NCBI RefSeq assembly: GCF_004365815.1
Contig: NZ_SODD01000015.1
Coordinates: forward strand, 21,179 to 44,938
Length of the DNA stretch: 23,760 nucleotides
Direction of reading: 5' to 3'
DNA from: Breznakia blatticola
GTDB lineage: Bacteria; Bacillota_I; Bacilli_A; Erysipelotrichales; Erysipelotrichaceae
Under the pieces are notes generated by a model. The model was not told where the DNA came from. It ran no database searches and worked only from the letters and a program-made list of their open reading frames with translations. Made by a program: the position numbers and the translations under genes. This document shows, in pieces, positions 9,206 through 17,793 of the stretch (its first letter is position 1; each line of letters opens with the position of its first letter).

Positions 9206-10237
9206 TTATTCTCCCTTCGCCTTAATGTCTTCGATTGCTGCTGCCATTTTACTTACTGTTGAAGTAATTTCGATAAATGCAGGACATCTGTCAGAACAAC
9301 GACCACATCCCACACACATATGACCTTCATGGAAACGTGCATCATAGTCGTGAAACTTGTGCATCACACGGTAGCGAATTCGATCTCCGGCAGTTGAACG
9401 AAATTCTTTTTGCATCGCCATTTGGTCAAATCCAGGAACTTGACATGAAGCACTTACACGGCGTCGTTCTCCAGCTTTACTATTTTCACTATAGACAATA
9501 TCTCTAGTTGTAAAACATGTACATGTAGAACATCCAATCGTACAAGCACCACATGAAATACAACGTGAGTTAAATTGTTTCCAAACATCGTGTTTTTTTA
9601 GTTCGTTTTGAATTTCCTTGCTTGGAATTTCAGGAACAACTAAACTAAGATCATTTGATTCTGGAAATGATGCCGTATAATCGGTAATTGGTGCACCCTG
9701 TAAGTATGGTTCAAAATGATCATCTTTTACTGCAATTTTCAAACCATCATGTGTTTGCTTGATTGCAAATACATAGTTATCCGTTTTGTTGGTATTCATA
9801 CTTACACAAAAACATGAATCACTATCTTGTGGACATTCCATTAATACATATGAAATCACGTCTTCTAATCGTTTATAGTAAGGATCTACGAATCCTCCTT
9901 TTCCATCGTAAATTCGTGCTTGGATTTTTTGGGCATTGATATCACAAGGACGACCGAAACAAAGGATTTTCTTTTTTGGTCCACTACTTTCACGGAATTC
10001 TTCTTCTGTATAATAAAACAATGTTTGTTGGATTGGGTTGATTACTTCTTTCATTGGAAAGGTTGATTTTTTATCGAATACAATTTCAGCAAACGATTGT
10101 ACTTCTCCATATTGAATTAAATCTGTATCAGAATATCTTCCTGCTTTTTCGATTCGTTTGGGTGCATAAATCGTATATGTTTTTTTAAGCTCATTGAAAA
10201 ATGCTTCACTTGCTTCTTGGTTTAAGATATAGCTCAT
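9206..10237 (-). CDS. asrA: Anaerobic sulfite reductase subunit A (iron-sulfur subunit)
   Basis: 343 aa with SD GGAGGAG. It carries two ferredoxin-type cysteine motifs, CISCGACTIGCSTCTC and CVGCGRCSDRCP. Its stop lies 1 nt before the asrB start codon. Confidence 0.85.
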   Translation of the reverse strand: MSYILNQEASEAFFNELKKTYTIYAPKRIEKAGRYSDTDLIQYGEVQSFAEIVFDKKSTFPMKEVINPIQQTLFYYTEEEFRESSGPKKKILCFGRPCDINAQKIQARIYDGKGGFVDPYYKRLEDVISYVLMECPQDSDSCFCVSMNTNKTDNYVFAIKQTHDGLKIAVKDDHFEPYLQGAPITDYTASFPESNDLSLVVPEIPSKEIQNELKKHDVWKQFNSRCISCGACTIGCSTCTCFTTRDIVYSENSKAGERRRVSASCQVPGFDQMAMQKEFRSTAGDRIRYRVMHKFHDYDARFHEGHMCVGCGRCSDRCPAFIEITSTVSKMAAAIEDIKAKGE

Positions 10238-10276
10238 CTGTACTCCTCCATGTATTACATACTCTTGGTTTTCCTT

Positions 10277-10305
10277 ATTTTAGCACCAGATATACATAAT
10301 GAAAA
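10277..10305 (-). promoter_or_regulatory. Possible asrABC promoter (extended -10)
   Basis: On the minus strand: TTTTCA, 17 nt, TGc-TAAAAT (-10 at 10277-10282). The -35 is weak, so this call rests on sequence inspection only. Confidence 0.35.
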
Positions 10306-10369
10306 ATTAGAGTTTCTTAGTTTGTTATAAATATTATTAATGGTAGAATGAAGGAAAGGAAGTGAGTAT

Positions 10370-11257
10370 ATGTTAGACTATAAAATCAAAACATTTTTAA
10401 CTGTTTGCGAGTATTTAAACTATACAAATGCAGCAAAAGCCTTAAATTTAACACAACCTGCAATCACCCAACAAATTAAAGCATTGGAAGAATACTATGA
10501 TGTAAAACTCTTCAGTTATCATAATCGCAACTTAGCTTTAACTACACAAGGTGAAGTTCTTCGCACGGCAATGACAACCATGCTTTTTGATGTGGAAAAG
10601 CTACAAGAAAAACTACTACAAACTAAAAATCATACAAGTGAATTGAACTTTGGTTCCACACATTCTATTGGTGAAATCTATTTGCCTAATGCAATCATTC
10701 CCTATTTAGATAAACATAAGGGAACGATCATGAATTATAATGTGGACAACACCACAGAAATCCTTAATCAATTAAAACAAGGAACAATTGATTTTGCCTT
10801 TGTTGAAGGAACTTTCGAGAAGAAAGAATTTAGCTATATTCCAATTTCTAATCAACGTTTTATTGCTGTATGTAATAGTGAGCGCGAAATTCCAACAATT
10901 GATAATATCAACGAACTGTTTCACCATCCCATCATTTTACGTGAAACTGGATCTGGTGGACGGAATATCGTTGAAGAATTTCTCAAAGACAATGGATATC
11001 GCATTGAAGATTTCTCAACATTCTCAACCTTTAATTCGGTACGAACAATTCGTAAACTATTACAAGCAGATTTAGGAATTGCCTTTGTTTATGAAATTGT
11101 CGTAGAAGAGGATATTAAAAACGGAATATTAAAAGAAATTGAAATCCCTGGATTTCATATTGAGCATGAATTCAGTTTTGTATGGCGTAAAGACTCTCTA
11201 TACAAAGATGAATATCTTGCCTTCTTACACGAAATCCAACCAGAACTATCAAAATAA
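10370..11257 (+). CDS. LysR-family transcriptional regulator, divergent from asrABC
   Basis: 295 aa. N-terminal HTH is YTNAAKALNLTQPAITQQIKALEEYYDVKLF, followed by a LysR substrate-binding-type C-terminal domain. This is the classic divergent LysR/target-operon arrangement. Confidence 0.9.
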   Translation: MLDYKIKTFLTVCEYLNYTNAAKALNLTQPAITQQIKALEEYYDVKLFSYHNRNLALTTQGEVLRTAMTTMLFDVEKLQEKLLQTKNHTSELNFGSTHSIGEIYLPNAIIPYLDKHKGTIMNYNVDNTTEILNQLKQGTIDFAFVEGTFEKKEFSYIPISNQRFIAVCNSEREIPTIDNINELFHHPIILRETGSGGRNIVEEFLKDNGYRIEDFSTFSTFNSVRTIRKLLQADLGIAFVYEIVVEEDIKNGILKEIEIPGFHIEHEFSFVWRKDSLYKDEYLAFLHEIQPELSK

Positions 11258-11330
11258 CTAATGTCTATCTCAAAGAAATACAAACAATTCCCTATAATTA
11301 TTAAAGATAATATTTATTTTCTTAAAGTAT

Positions 11331-11359
11331 TTGACAATCCCACCCCTTTTCCTTATAAT
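11331..11359 (+). promoter_or_regulatory. Consensus sigma-A promoter of the MarR-family gene
   Basis: TTGACA (11331-11336), exactly 17 nt, TATAAT (11354-11359). An imperfect inverted repeat ATATGTATA / TATACACAT (11362-11370 / 11388-11396) lies immediately downstream and is a candidate operator. Confidence 0.6.
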
Positions 11360-11428
11360 CGATATGTATATATTATAAATAACTAATTATACACATGTAA
11401 TTAACATTCGTAGTAGGAGGGAACAAAG

Positions 11429-11890
11429 ATGGAATGGGAACTTATTAGAGAAAGTGAAAAAATTAAAGCAGATATTCAAACTGCTGGTGCATCATTGATG
11501 CAACCGTTTTATGAAAAGTATGGAATGAATTTCTTAAAGATTTCAGTGATTACTGAAGCAGAATTAAATGAAAACTTGACACTAAATGTACTAGCGCAAA
11601 ATGTAAACAAAGCTGCTGCAAACATGTCAGTCATCGTTTCAAACCTTGTGAAAGATGGATACCTAAAAAAAGTCACATCAACGTATGACCGTCGTGTGAC
11701 ATATATTCAAATCACAGATAAAGGTAGAGACATTCTACAAAAATCACGTTTATTTATCATCAAACGTTATGAAAGCGTAATGTCTGATGGAAAAGAAATT
11801 AGAGATTTAATCAATGCAGCAGGAACGTACTTAAACAAACTACTTGAAGCCAACCGTAAAATGGTAACTGCTGATAACTTCGATTTATAA
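11429..11890 (+). CDS. MarR-family transcriptional regulator
   Basis: 153 aa with SD AGGAGGG. The winged-helix core is LTLNVLAQNVNKAAANMSVIVSNLVKDGYLKKVTSTYDRRVTYIQITDKGRDIL. Confidence 0.8.
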   Translation: MEWELIRESEKIKADIQTAGASLMQPFYEKYGMNFLKISVITEAELNENLTLNVLAQNVNKAAANMSVIVSNLVKDGYLKKVTSTYDRRVTYIQITDKGRDILQKSRLFIIKRYESVMSDGKEIRDLINAAGTYLNKLLEANRKMVTADNFDL

Positions 11891-11921
11891 AAAAAGCTCA
11901 CATTTATTTGTGAGTTTTTTT
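11889..11921. terminator. Bidirectional terminator shared by the MarR gene and the convergent P-type ATPase gene
   Basis: A-run, GCTCACA, loop TTTATT, TGTGAG, then T7. It overlaps the last codons of the ATPase gene. Confidence 0.6.
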
Positions 11922-14192
11922 ATACCATACCCATTGATAGAGTGCATATAGCACGATGCTTAATGCAACTAATAGCAGTGTGCATGTAATCATACTTGTT
12001 GTGAATGGTGGAATTTTTAGTAATGAATGGAACAATAATACTGCTACATAAAAACCAATTGCCACGAACCAAAATAAGAATAAACGCAGTTTATTAAATG
12101 GTAAACATGCTTTAAGTACAGCTAAAATACTAATTGCTCCAACTACCATATACATAATTGCTGTTGCTTGTTCATCATTAAAGCCATAAGAGTCTTTGAT
12201 TGATAAAACAATGATAATATTCATAATGATCAACAGTGCATTTGGTAATGCATTTAGTAGTGATGTCTTTAAATAGGTTCCCGTTACTTGTTTGTTGTTT
12301 TCTTCAAACGAGATGAAGAATGATGGGAATCCTTCAATTGCTAAATCGATTAGCGTGATTTGAATCGGAATGAATGGGAAAGGAATATTCATCACGATAC
12401 ATAATAAACTTAGCAGTAGTGAATATATCGTTTTGATAAAGAAAATTCCTGATACTTTGGTAACGTTATTGATGATACGGCGACCTTCAGATAATACTTT
12501 TGTTAGGTTTGAAAAATCACTATCAAGTAAGACAAGTTGACTTACTTGTTTTGCCGCAGCATTTCCATTTGCCATCGCAATGGAACAGTTAGCTTCTTTT
12601 AAGGCGAGTACATCATTTACACCATCACCACTCATAGCGACAATATGATCCATATTTCTTAGTTCATTAACTAAACAACGTTTTTGTTCTGGAGAAACAC
12701 GCCCAAATACTTTGTGTGTATGTGCAAGTTTTCTTACCTCAGCTTCCTCTGTGACTTGACTTAGATCTACATATGCATCCCATCCATCAAGTCCAGCTTT
12801 TCTTGCGACGCTAGCAACTGTTAATGGATGATCTCCACTAATCACTTTTACTTCTACTCCTTCACGTTTGAAAAAGTCGAATGTAGCTTTAGCATTTTCA
12901 CGAATTGGATCATCTAAACAAATCGCTCCTAATGGCTCATCATTTAAAGAAACCATTAACACACGAAACCCATCTTCTTGTGCTTCATGTACTTCGTTTG
13001 GGATATCTTTTGGAACGCACATTTTTTCTGGTGCTCCAACTTTTACTACACCTAAATCAAGAAAATCAATACTTCCCCATTTTCTTTCACTTGAGAATGG
13101 TACTTTTTGACCCACTTGATAGTCGTGTTCTTTTTTACTAAAAAAGTATTCATGCATTGCTTGAAACGTTGCATTGTTATCTTGAGTTTGTTCAATGTAG
13201 TTTGCCATGATATTATCAATATTTTTCCCTTGAAACCCAAAGGCTTTAACAACACGCATATTTCCTTCTGTAATCGTTCCTGTTTTATCTAAACAAAGCA
13301 TATCCACATGAGCAAAAATTTCCATACAGTGCATATCTTGAACTAACACATTACGTTTACTTAAGTTAATAACTCCAGTGGCACTACCAATACCAATAAG
13401 TAAGACAAGTCCCTTTGGTAACATTCCAAGTAATGCAGCAGCACTTGCCACAATCGAGACAAACATCGTATTTTCACGCACCACAAAAGCTTGATAGAAA
13501 AGAATCAAACCAAGCGGAATAATAATAAAACTTGTGAATTTCGAAACTGTACGAATTGCTTGAATCAATTCCGAATGGTTTTTCTTATATTCTTTTACTT
13601 CACTTACAATTTTATTGGCAAACGCTTCATCACCAACACGAATGACTTGTGCTTGGCAACGTCCACCGACAATAAAACTTCCAGAGAATAATTCATCGCC
13701 AACTTTTTTAACGATTGTATCACTTTCTCCAGTCAGTAAAGATTCATTGACTTCTACACTTTCATTGACGACAATTGCATCTGCAGGAATTTGATCTCCC
13801 ATTTCCAAATAGAGAATATCATCCATAACAATATCTTCCAACGCAACTTTATCGACGTTTCCTTCACGCACTACACCTGCTTTATCAGCAGAAATAAGTG
13901 TCAGTTTTTCGACTAAGTTTTTTGCATGAATTTCTTGATAAATCCCAATTCCAATATTCATTAAAATAATTAATAAATAAAACATGTTGGAAATTGCACC
14001 AACACTTAATAAAGCCACTCCAATGGCAAAGTTTAGAAAGTTAAATAATGTACAAACATTGTCATAGACAATTTGTCCATTGGTTTTTGTGACTTTCTTT
14101 GGTGGATTATTGGATAACCCTTTTGCCTTTTTGTCGCTGACTTCTTTATATGATAAACCTTGTTTAAAATCGATTTCTTTTTCTAGTTTCAT
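11904..14192 (-). CDS. Cation-translocating P-type ATPase (HAD-IC superfamily, P2-like, 762 aa)
   Basis: Motifs present: TGES (LTGESD), the phosphorylation site DKTGTITEG (Asp302, nt 13287-13289), the hinge GDGVNDVLALKEA, and multiple TM helices at both ends. SD is AAAGGTGG. Ion specificity cannot be called from the sequence. Confidence 0.9.
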   Translation of the reverse strand: MKLEKEIDFKQGLSYKEVSDKKAKGLSNNPPKKVTKTNGQIVYDNVCTLFNFLNFAIGVALLSVGAISNMFYLLIILMNIGIGIYQEIHAKNLVEKLTLISADKAGVVREGNVDKVALEDIVMDDILYLEMGDQIPADAIVVNESVEVNESLLTGESDTIVKKVGDELFSGSFIVGGRCQAQVIRVGDEAFANKIVSEVKEYKKNHSELIQAIRTVSKFTSFIIIPLGLILFYQAFVVRENTMFVSIVASAAALLGMLPKGLVLLIGIGSATGVINLSKRNVLVQDMHCMEIFAHVDMLCLDKTGTITEGNMRVVKAFGFQGKNIDNIMANYIEQTQDNNATFQAMHEYFFSKKEHDYQVGQKVPFSSERKWGSIDFLDLGVVKVGAPEKMCVPKDIPNEVHEAQEDGFRVLMVSLNDEPLGAICLDDPIRENAKATFDFFKREGVEVKVISGDHPLTVASVARKAGLDGWDAYVDLSQVTEEAEVRKLAHTHKVFGRVSPEQKRCLVNELRNMDHIVAMSGDGVNDVLALKEANCSIAMANGNAAAKQVSQLVLLDSDFSNLTKVLSEGRRIINNVTKVSGIFFIKTIYSLLLSLLCIVMNIPFPFIPIQITLIDLAIEGFPSFFISFEENNKQVTGTYLKTSLLNALPNALLIIMNIIIVLSIKDSYGFNDEQATAIMYMVVGAISILAVLKACLPFNKLRLFLFWFVAIGFYVAVLLFHSLLKIPPFTTSMITCTLLLVALSIVLYALYQWVWYKKTHK

Positions 14193-14250
14193 ATGGCCAC
14201 CTTTAACTTTATTATTCTAACATAACCATACATACTTTTCATTAGGAATC

Positions 14251-14271
14251 AAAAAAAGGAACTTGCGTTCC
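14251..14271 (-). terminator. Putative terminator downstream of the Cof-type hydrolase gene
   Basis: On the minus strand: GGAAC-GCAA-GTTCC followed by T7. The stem is short (5 bp). Confidence 0.4.
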
Positions 14272-14272
14272 C

Positions 14273-15118
14273 CTACATAAATTTTGCTAATGCGTGTGCA
14301 ATTCCATCTTCATCATTACTTAGTGTAATATAATCTGCAGCTTCTAAAACAAGCGGTGATGCATTGGACATCGCAACACCAATACCTGCTGCTTCGATCA
14401 TCGTTAAATCATTATTTGCATCACCAAATGCAATGACTTCACTTTCATCAATATTTGTCAGTTCACAAATACTACGTAATGCCTTCGCTTTATCTACACC
14501 TTTTGGTGTAAATTCGAAAAAGAATGGTGCGGTAAACATGCAATTAAGTTCATCCTTAAATGGAGCTTGCATTTCTTCGAATACTTTCTCTAAGTATTCT
14601 GGTTCACCTGCAGTTAAAATCTTATTTGGTTCAAAATCCACATACTCAGCTAAATCACGATGTTCACAGATTAAGAAATTCCCACCGCGAATTTCATACT
14701 TCATAATATCAATCATTCTATCATCACCTACATTCATATGTATTTGTGGTGCATATGCATCAAGAACATTCATATATCCATGACGGTCTACCATTGGATA
14801 TACATTGAATTTCTTCATATGTTCAAGCACTCGTTTTGCTTGATTAACCTTAATTGCTTGGTTGTAGATGACTTCTTTACTTGTACAATCATAAACTTTA
14901 CTTCCGTTATAAGAAACTAACAATCCATGATTTTCTGCTAAATCTAACTCGTCGGCAAACTTACGAATCCCACTTGTTGGACGACCTGACGCAATCACTA
15001 AGCGTACCCCACTTGCTTGTGCTTTTAACAATGCCTCTTTTGTTTTTGGTGTTATCACCTTATCTGAGTTGACCATTGTTCCATCAACATCCATAATAAT
15101 CATTTTAATTTGGCTCAT
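14273..15118 (-). CDS. Cof-type HAD-IIB family hydrolase (sugar-phosphatase-like)
   Basis: HAD motifs are present: MDVDGTM (motif I), ASGRP (motif II), and GDANNDLTMIEAAG (motif IV). I place the start at ATG 15118 (MSQIKMIIMDVDGT), which has SD GGAGGG 7 nt upstream. The track's longer 15235 start lacks an SD and would overlap the upstream gene and its terminator. Confidence 0.85.
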   Translation of the reverse strand: MSQIKMIIMDVDGTMVNSDKVITPKTKEALLKAQASGVRLVIASGRPTSGIRKFADELDLAENHGLLVSYNGSKVYDCTSKEVIYNQAIKVNQAKRVLEHMKKFNVYPMVDRHGYMNVLDAYAPQIHMNVGDDRMIDIMKYEIRGGNFLICEHRDLAEYVDFEPNKILTAGEPEYLEKVFEEMQAPFKDELNCMFTAPFFFEFTPKGVDKAKALRSICELTNIDESEVIAFGDANNDLTMIEAAGIGVAMSNASPLVLEAADYITLSNDEDGIAHALAKFM

Positions 15119-15172
15119 ACTTTTTCCCTCCATCGTATCTATTATAAACTCTATTGTTGATGTAGAGTCAAT

Positions 15173-15203
15173 AAAAAAATCTTCACCTTTAGTTAGTGAA
15201 GAT
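15173..15203 (-). terminator. Terminator at the 3' end of the small membrane-protein gene
   Basis: On the minus strand: ATCTTCAC, 9-nt loop, GTGAAGAT (8 bp), then T7. The stop codon (15189-15191) lies in the loop. Confidence 0.5.
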
Positions 15204-15539
15204 CTCATAATTTCGTTTGTAGCATAGTGCCACAATCAAAACACATAATAAGGCGACTAAATTCCCCACTGGTAAATCTGTAACTACTTGAATATCTCCA
15301 CGAACAAAAAAGATACATACAGCTCCGGCGAAAGCTATAACATGAAGATAATCAACCTTGCTTAAGTTGCAGTAGACTTTTACACCAAATACTACAACCA
15401 ACCAAAGCAGGCCAAACACACAAATGTGTGCATATGCATTGCTTATATCTGTAAACAGAAGTAAGCCTACATTTAAACCCATAGAAACTAGAAATCCAAC
15501 GAGAAATATTCGCAAAAACTGAATAAATGTTTGATTCAT
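15189..15539 (-). CDS. Hypothetical small integral membrane protein (about 116 aa, about 4 predicted TM helices)
   Basis: The ORF is present in the track. I prefer the start at ATG 15539 (MNQTFIQFLRIFLVGF...), which has SD GGGAG, because the longer start lies inside the upstream terminator hairpin. I recognise no family. Confidence 0.5.
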   Translation of the reverse strand: MNQTFIQFLRIFLVGFLVSMGLNVGLLLFTDISNAYAHICVFGLLWLVVVFGVKVYCNLSKVDYLHVIAFAGAVCIFFVRGDIQVVTDLPVGNLVALLCVLIVALCYKRNYEIFTN

Positions 15540-15572
15540 AATTTCTCCCAAAATGTTCTTTGGAAGTATAAC

Positions 15573-15599
15573 AAAAAATGAGGTTACATGCAACCTCAT
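15573..15599 (-). terminator. Terminator after the VOC-family gene
   Basis: On the minus strand: ATGAGGTT, loop GCATGT, AACCTCAT (perfect 8 bp), then T6. It starts 5 nt after the stop codon. Confidence 0.65.
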
Positions 15600-15603
15600 C
15601 TAT

Positions 15604-15951
15604 TTATTCTTGAATTTGTATTGTTACTCCATTTGGATCTAACACATGGAAGAAATGAACATTTGGAGCTGGTGAAATTACATCACTTGTTACTAAACCT
15701 TTATGTTCTAAGTCTTTCTTTGTTGCTTCCATATCCTTTACTTGTAAGACAAAGCCAACAGTATTTCCTTTTTCAAGTAGCTTATCTGTTTTGATTAATT
15801 CTAAACATATACCTGTTTCATCTTTTAGAAATACTAAATGCATTCCTTCATTTTTTACTTCTTGTGCAACTTCAAGTCCAATATGATCAACATAAAATTG
15901 AAAAGATGTTTCCATTTCATTTACTAAAATTGTATTCCAAGCAATCTTCAT
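15604..15951 (-). CDS. VOC (glyoxalase / bleomycin-resistance / dioxygenase) family protein
   Basis: 115 aa from ATG 15951 (SD GGAGGA, 7-nt spacer). It has a betaalphabetabetabeta-type sequence pattern (MKIAWNTILVNEMETSFQFYVDHIGLEV...FFHVLDPNGVTIQIQE). Confidence 0.75.
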   Translation of the reverse strand: MKIAWNTILVNEMETSFQFYVDHIGLEVAQEVKNEGMHLVFLKDETGICLELIKTDKLLEKGNTVGFVLQVKDMEATKKDLEHKGLVTSDVISPAPNVHFFHVLDPNGVTIQIQE

Positions 15952-16028
15952 ATACGTATCCTCCTTCATATCTTTGACTTATTGTAACATATCAAAAAAT
16001 TTTTACGACTTGAATACCCTACAGTATT

Positions 16029-16058
16029 TAAAAATGGCACCCCTTATGGAGTGCCATC
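16029..16058 (-). terminator. Terminator of the ABC-transporter operon
   Basis: On the minus strand: ATGGCAC, 10-nt loop, GTGCCAT, then TTTTT. It begins 4 nt after the ATPase stop codon. Confidence 0.65.
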
Positions 16059-16061
16059 ATA

Positions 16062-16862
16062 TTAGTCTTTTACAAGAAGAACTGCATCATCATTCAATTC
16101 TTCACCAGTTGCGATTTCGAATTTTTCTAATAGATCTTTTACCGTAAGATTTTTCTTTTCTTCCCCTTTGATATCAAAGATAATTTTTCCATCATTCATC
16201 ATAATTAAGCGATTTCCATATGTAATTGCATCTTTCATATTATGCGTAACCATAAATGCTGTTAAATTTTCTTCCTTGATAATTTCATCCGTCAATGTAA
16301 GAACTTTTTTCGCAGTCTTTGGATCAAGTGCTGCTGTATGTTCATCCAACAATAAGATTTTTGGTTTTTGTAGAGTTGCCATTAATAGAGTTAATGCTTG
16401 ACGTTGCCCTCCAGAAAGTAAACCGACTTTTGCATCTAAACGATTTTCTAAACCTAAATCAAAGCGTTCCAAACGCTGTTTTAATACTTCTTTTTCATTT
16501 GGTGTAATTCCCCAACGAAGTCCGCGTTTTTTTCCACGACGATTTGCCATTGCTAAGTTTTCTGCAATTCCCATATCTGCAGCCGTTCCCATCATTGGAT
16601 CTTGGAACACGCGTCCAATTAAACGACTACGTTTGTATTCAGGATATAAGGAAATGTTCTCTCCAGCTAGTTCAATCGTACCACAATCAATTGGATACAC
16701 ACCGGCAATCAGGTTTAATACAGTTGATTTACCTGCTCCATTACCACCAATTACTGTTACGAAATCTCCTTCTTCTAAAGTAAGATCAATTTGATCAATG
16801 GCTTTTTTCTCATTTACGGTACCTAAATTGAAGGTCTTTGACACTTTTGAAATTTTAAGCAT
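16062..16862 (-). CDS. ABC transporter ATP-binding protein
   Basis: Walker A GGNGAGKST, signature LSGGQRQ, Walker B ILLLDEHT. I place the start at ATG 16862 (SD GGAGG, 9-nt spacer) rather than the track's TTG at 16871. It overlaps the permease stop by 8 nt (ATGCTTAA). Confidence 0.9.
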   Translation of the reverse strand: MLKISKVSKTFNLGTVNEKKAIDQIDLTLEEGDFVTVIGGNGAGKSTVLNLIAGVYPIDCGTIELAGENISLYPEYKRSRLIGRVFQDPMMGTAADMGIAENLAMANRRGKKRGLRWGITPNEKEVLKQRLERFDLGLENRLDAKVGLLSGGQRQALTLLMATLQKPKILLLDEHTAALDPKTAKKVLTLTDEIIKEENLTAFMVTHNMKDAITYGNRLIMMNDGKIIFDIKGEEKKNLTVKDLLEKFEIATGEELNDDAVLLVKD

Positions 16863-17784
16863 TTTTGTCAACCTCCTTCCCTGTTAGTTTTTTATATAAA
16901 TTGACTTGTTTACGTTTTGCCATCATGACTGGTAAAGCTAAAGACACCCCAACCAAAATAGCTGATAACAATTTCAAATCATCTGTTTGCATTCCCATGC
17001 GTAGAACAATTGCAATAATCACACGATATACAATTGAACCAATTACGATTGAAGATAAACGAAGTTTAAATCCACGCTTATTTCCAAATAGTACTTCTCC
17101 AATAACGATTGAAGCTAGACCAATAACAATTGCTCCTACACCCATTTTCACATCCGCGTATCCTTGCGATTGGGTAACTAGTGCACCAGAAAATGCCACA
17201 AGTCCATTAGCAATCATAATAGCAATAATCTTTGTTGTTTTGGTATTTACACTTAGTGCACTTGCCATTCTTTCATTATTTCCAGTTGCACGAATTGCTG
17301 AACCAATTTCCGTTCCAAAAAACCAGTAGAGCACTACGATCACAAGTACGACAATTAATGCACCTACAATTAAGCTTGCTTGTGCAGCACTAAGCCCAGT
17401 TAATTCACTAACACTTTTAAATACCGTATCACTTTGCATTAATGGTAAATTGCTTCGTCCCATAATTCTAAGGTTAATTGAGTATAATCCAATTTGTGTA
17501 AGGATCCCTGCAAGAATTGCTGGGATTTCAAATTTCGTAATTAATAATCCGGTAATAAATCCACAAACACAACCTGCAACCATAGCAAGTAATACAGCTA
17601 ATACTGGATTCATTCCACCTACAATACATACTGCACAAACTGCACCACCAGTAGCAAATGAACCGTCTACTGTCATATCTGCAATATCAAGAATACGGAA
17701 GGTAATGTAAACTCCAAGGGCCATAATCCCCCAAATAATTCCTTGTGCAACCGCACCTTGTAACGATAATAATAATCCCGTCAT
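16855..17784 (-). CDS. ABC transporter permease (BPD_transp_2-type, about 309 aa, polytopic)
   Basis: A hydrophobic multi-TM protein with SD AGGAGAAAG. It lies 9 nt downstream of the binding-protein gene and is translationally coupled to the ATPase gene. Confidence 0.88.
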   Translation of the reverse strand: MTGLLLSLQGAVAQGIIWGIMALGVYITFRILDIADMTVDGSFATGGAVCAVCIVGGMNPVLAVLLAMVAGCVCGFITGLLITKFEIPAILAGILTQIGLYSINLRIMGRSNLPLMQSDTVFKSVSELTGLSAAQASLIVGALIVVLVIVVLYWFFGTEIGSAIRATGNNERMASALSVNTKTTKIIAIMIANGLVAFSGALVTQSQGYADVKMGVGAIVIGLASIVIGEVLFGNKRGFKLRLSSIVIGSIVYRVIIAIVLRMGMQTDDLKLLSAILVGVSLALPVMMAKRKQVNLYKKLTGKEVDKNA

Positions 17785-17793
17785 ATCTTTCTC

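Noticed and set aside
10788-11075. 95-aa plus-strand ORF inside the LysR gene
   Set aside because: It is an alternative frame of a well-supported LysR-family CDS, and nothing supports it independently.
15141-15171. TTGACT ... TATAAT as a promoter for the Cof-type hydrolase gene
   Set aside because: Both hexamers are good but 19 nt apart. The alternatives at 17-18 nt spacing have poor -10 hexamers. This is plausible but not strong enough to list as a feature.
14273-16871. The longer start codons given in the track for four genes (15235 for Cof, 15599 for the membrane protein, 15969 for VOC, TTG 16871 for the ABC ATPase)
   Set aside because: In each case an internal ATG has a properly spaced SD, while the longer start has none. 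The longer extensions would also run through upstream terminator hairpins or neighbouring genes.
12868-17710. Embedded or antisense ORFs in the ATPase, Cof, VOC and ABC genes (e.g. 14364-14783 of 139 aa, 16865-17329 of 154 aa, 17450-17710, 16168-16401, 13052-13255)
   Set aside because: They overlap strongly supported genes on the opposite strand or in another frame. Their composition is typical of antisense artefacts.
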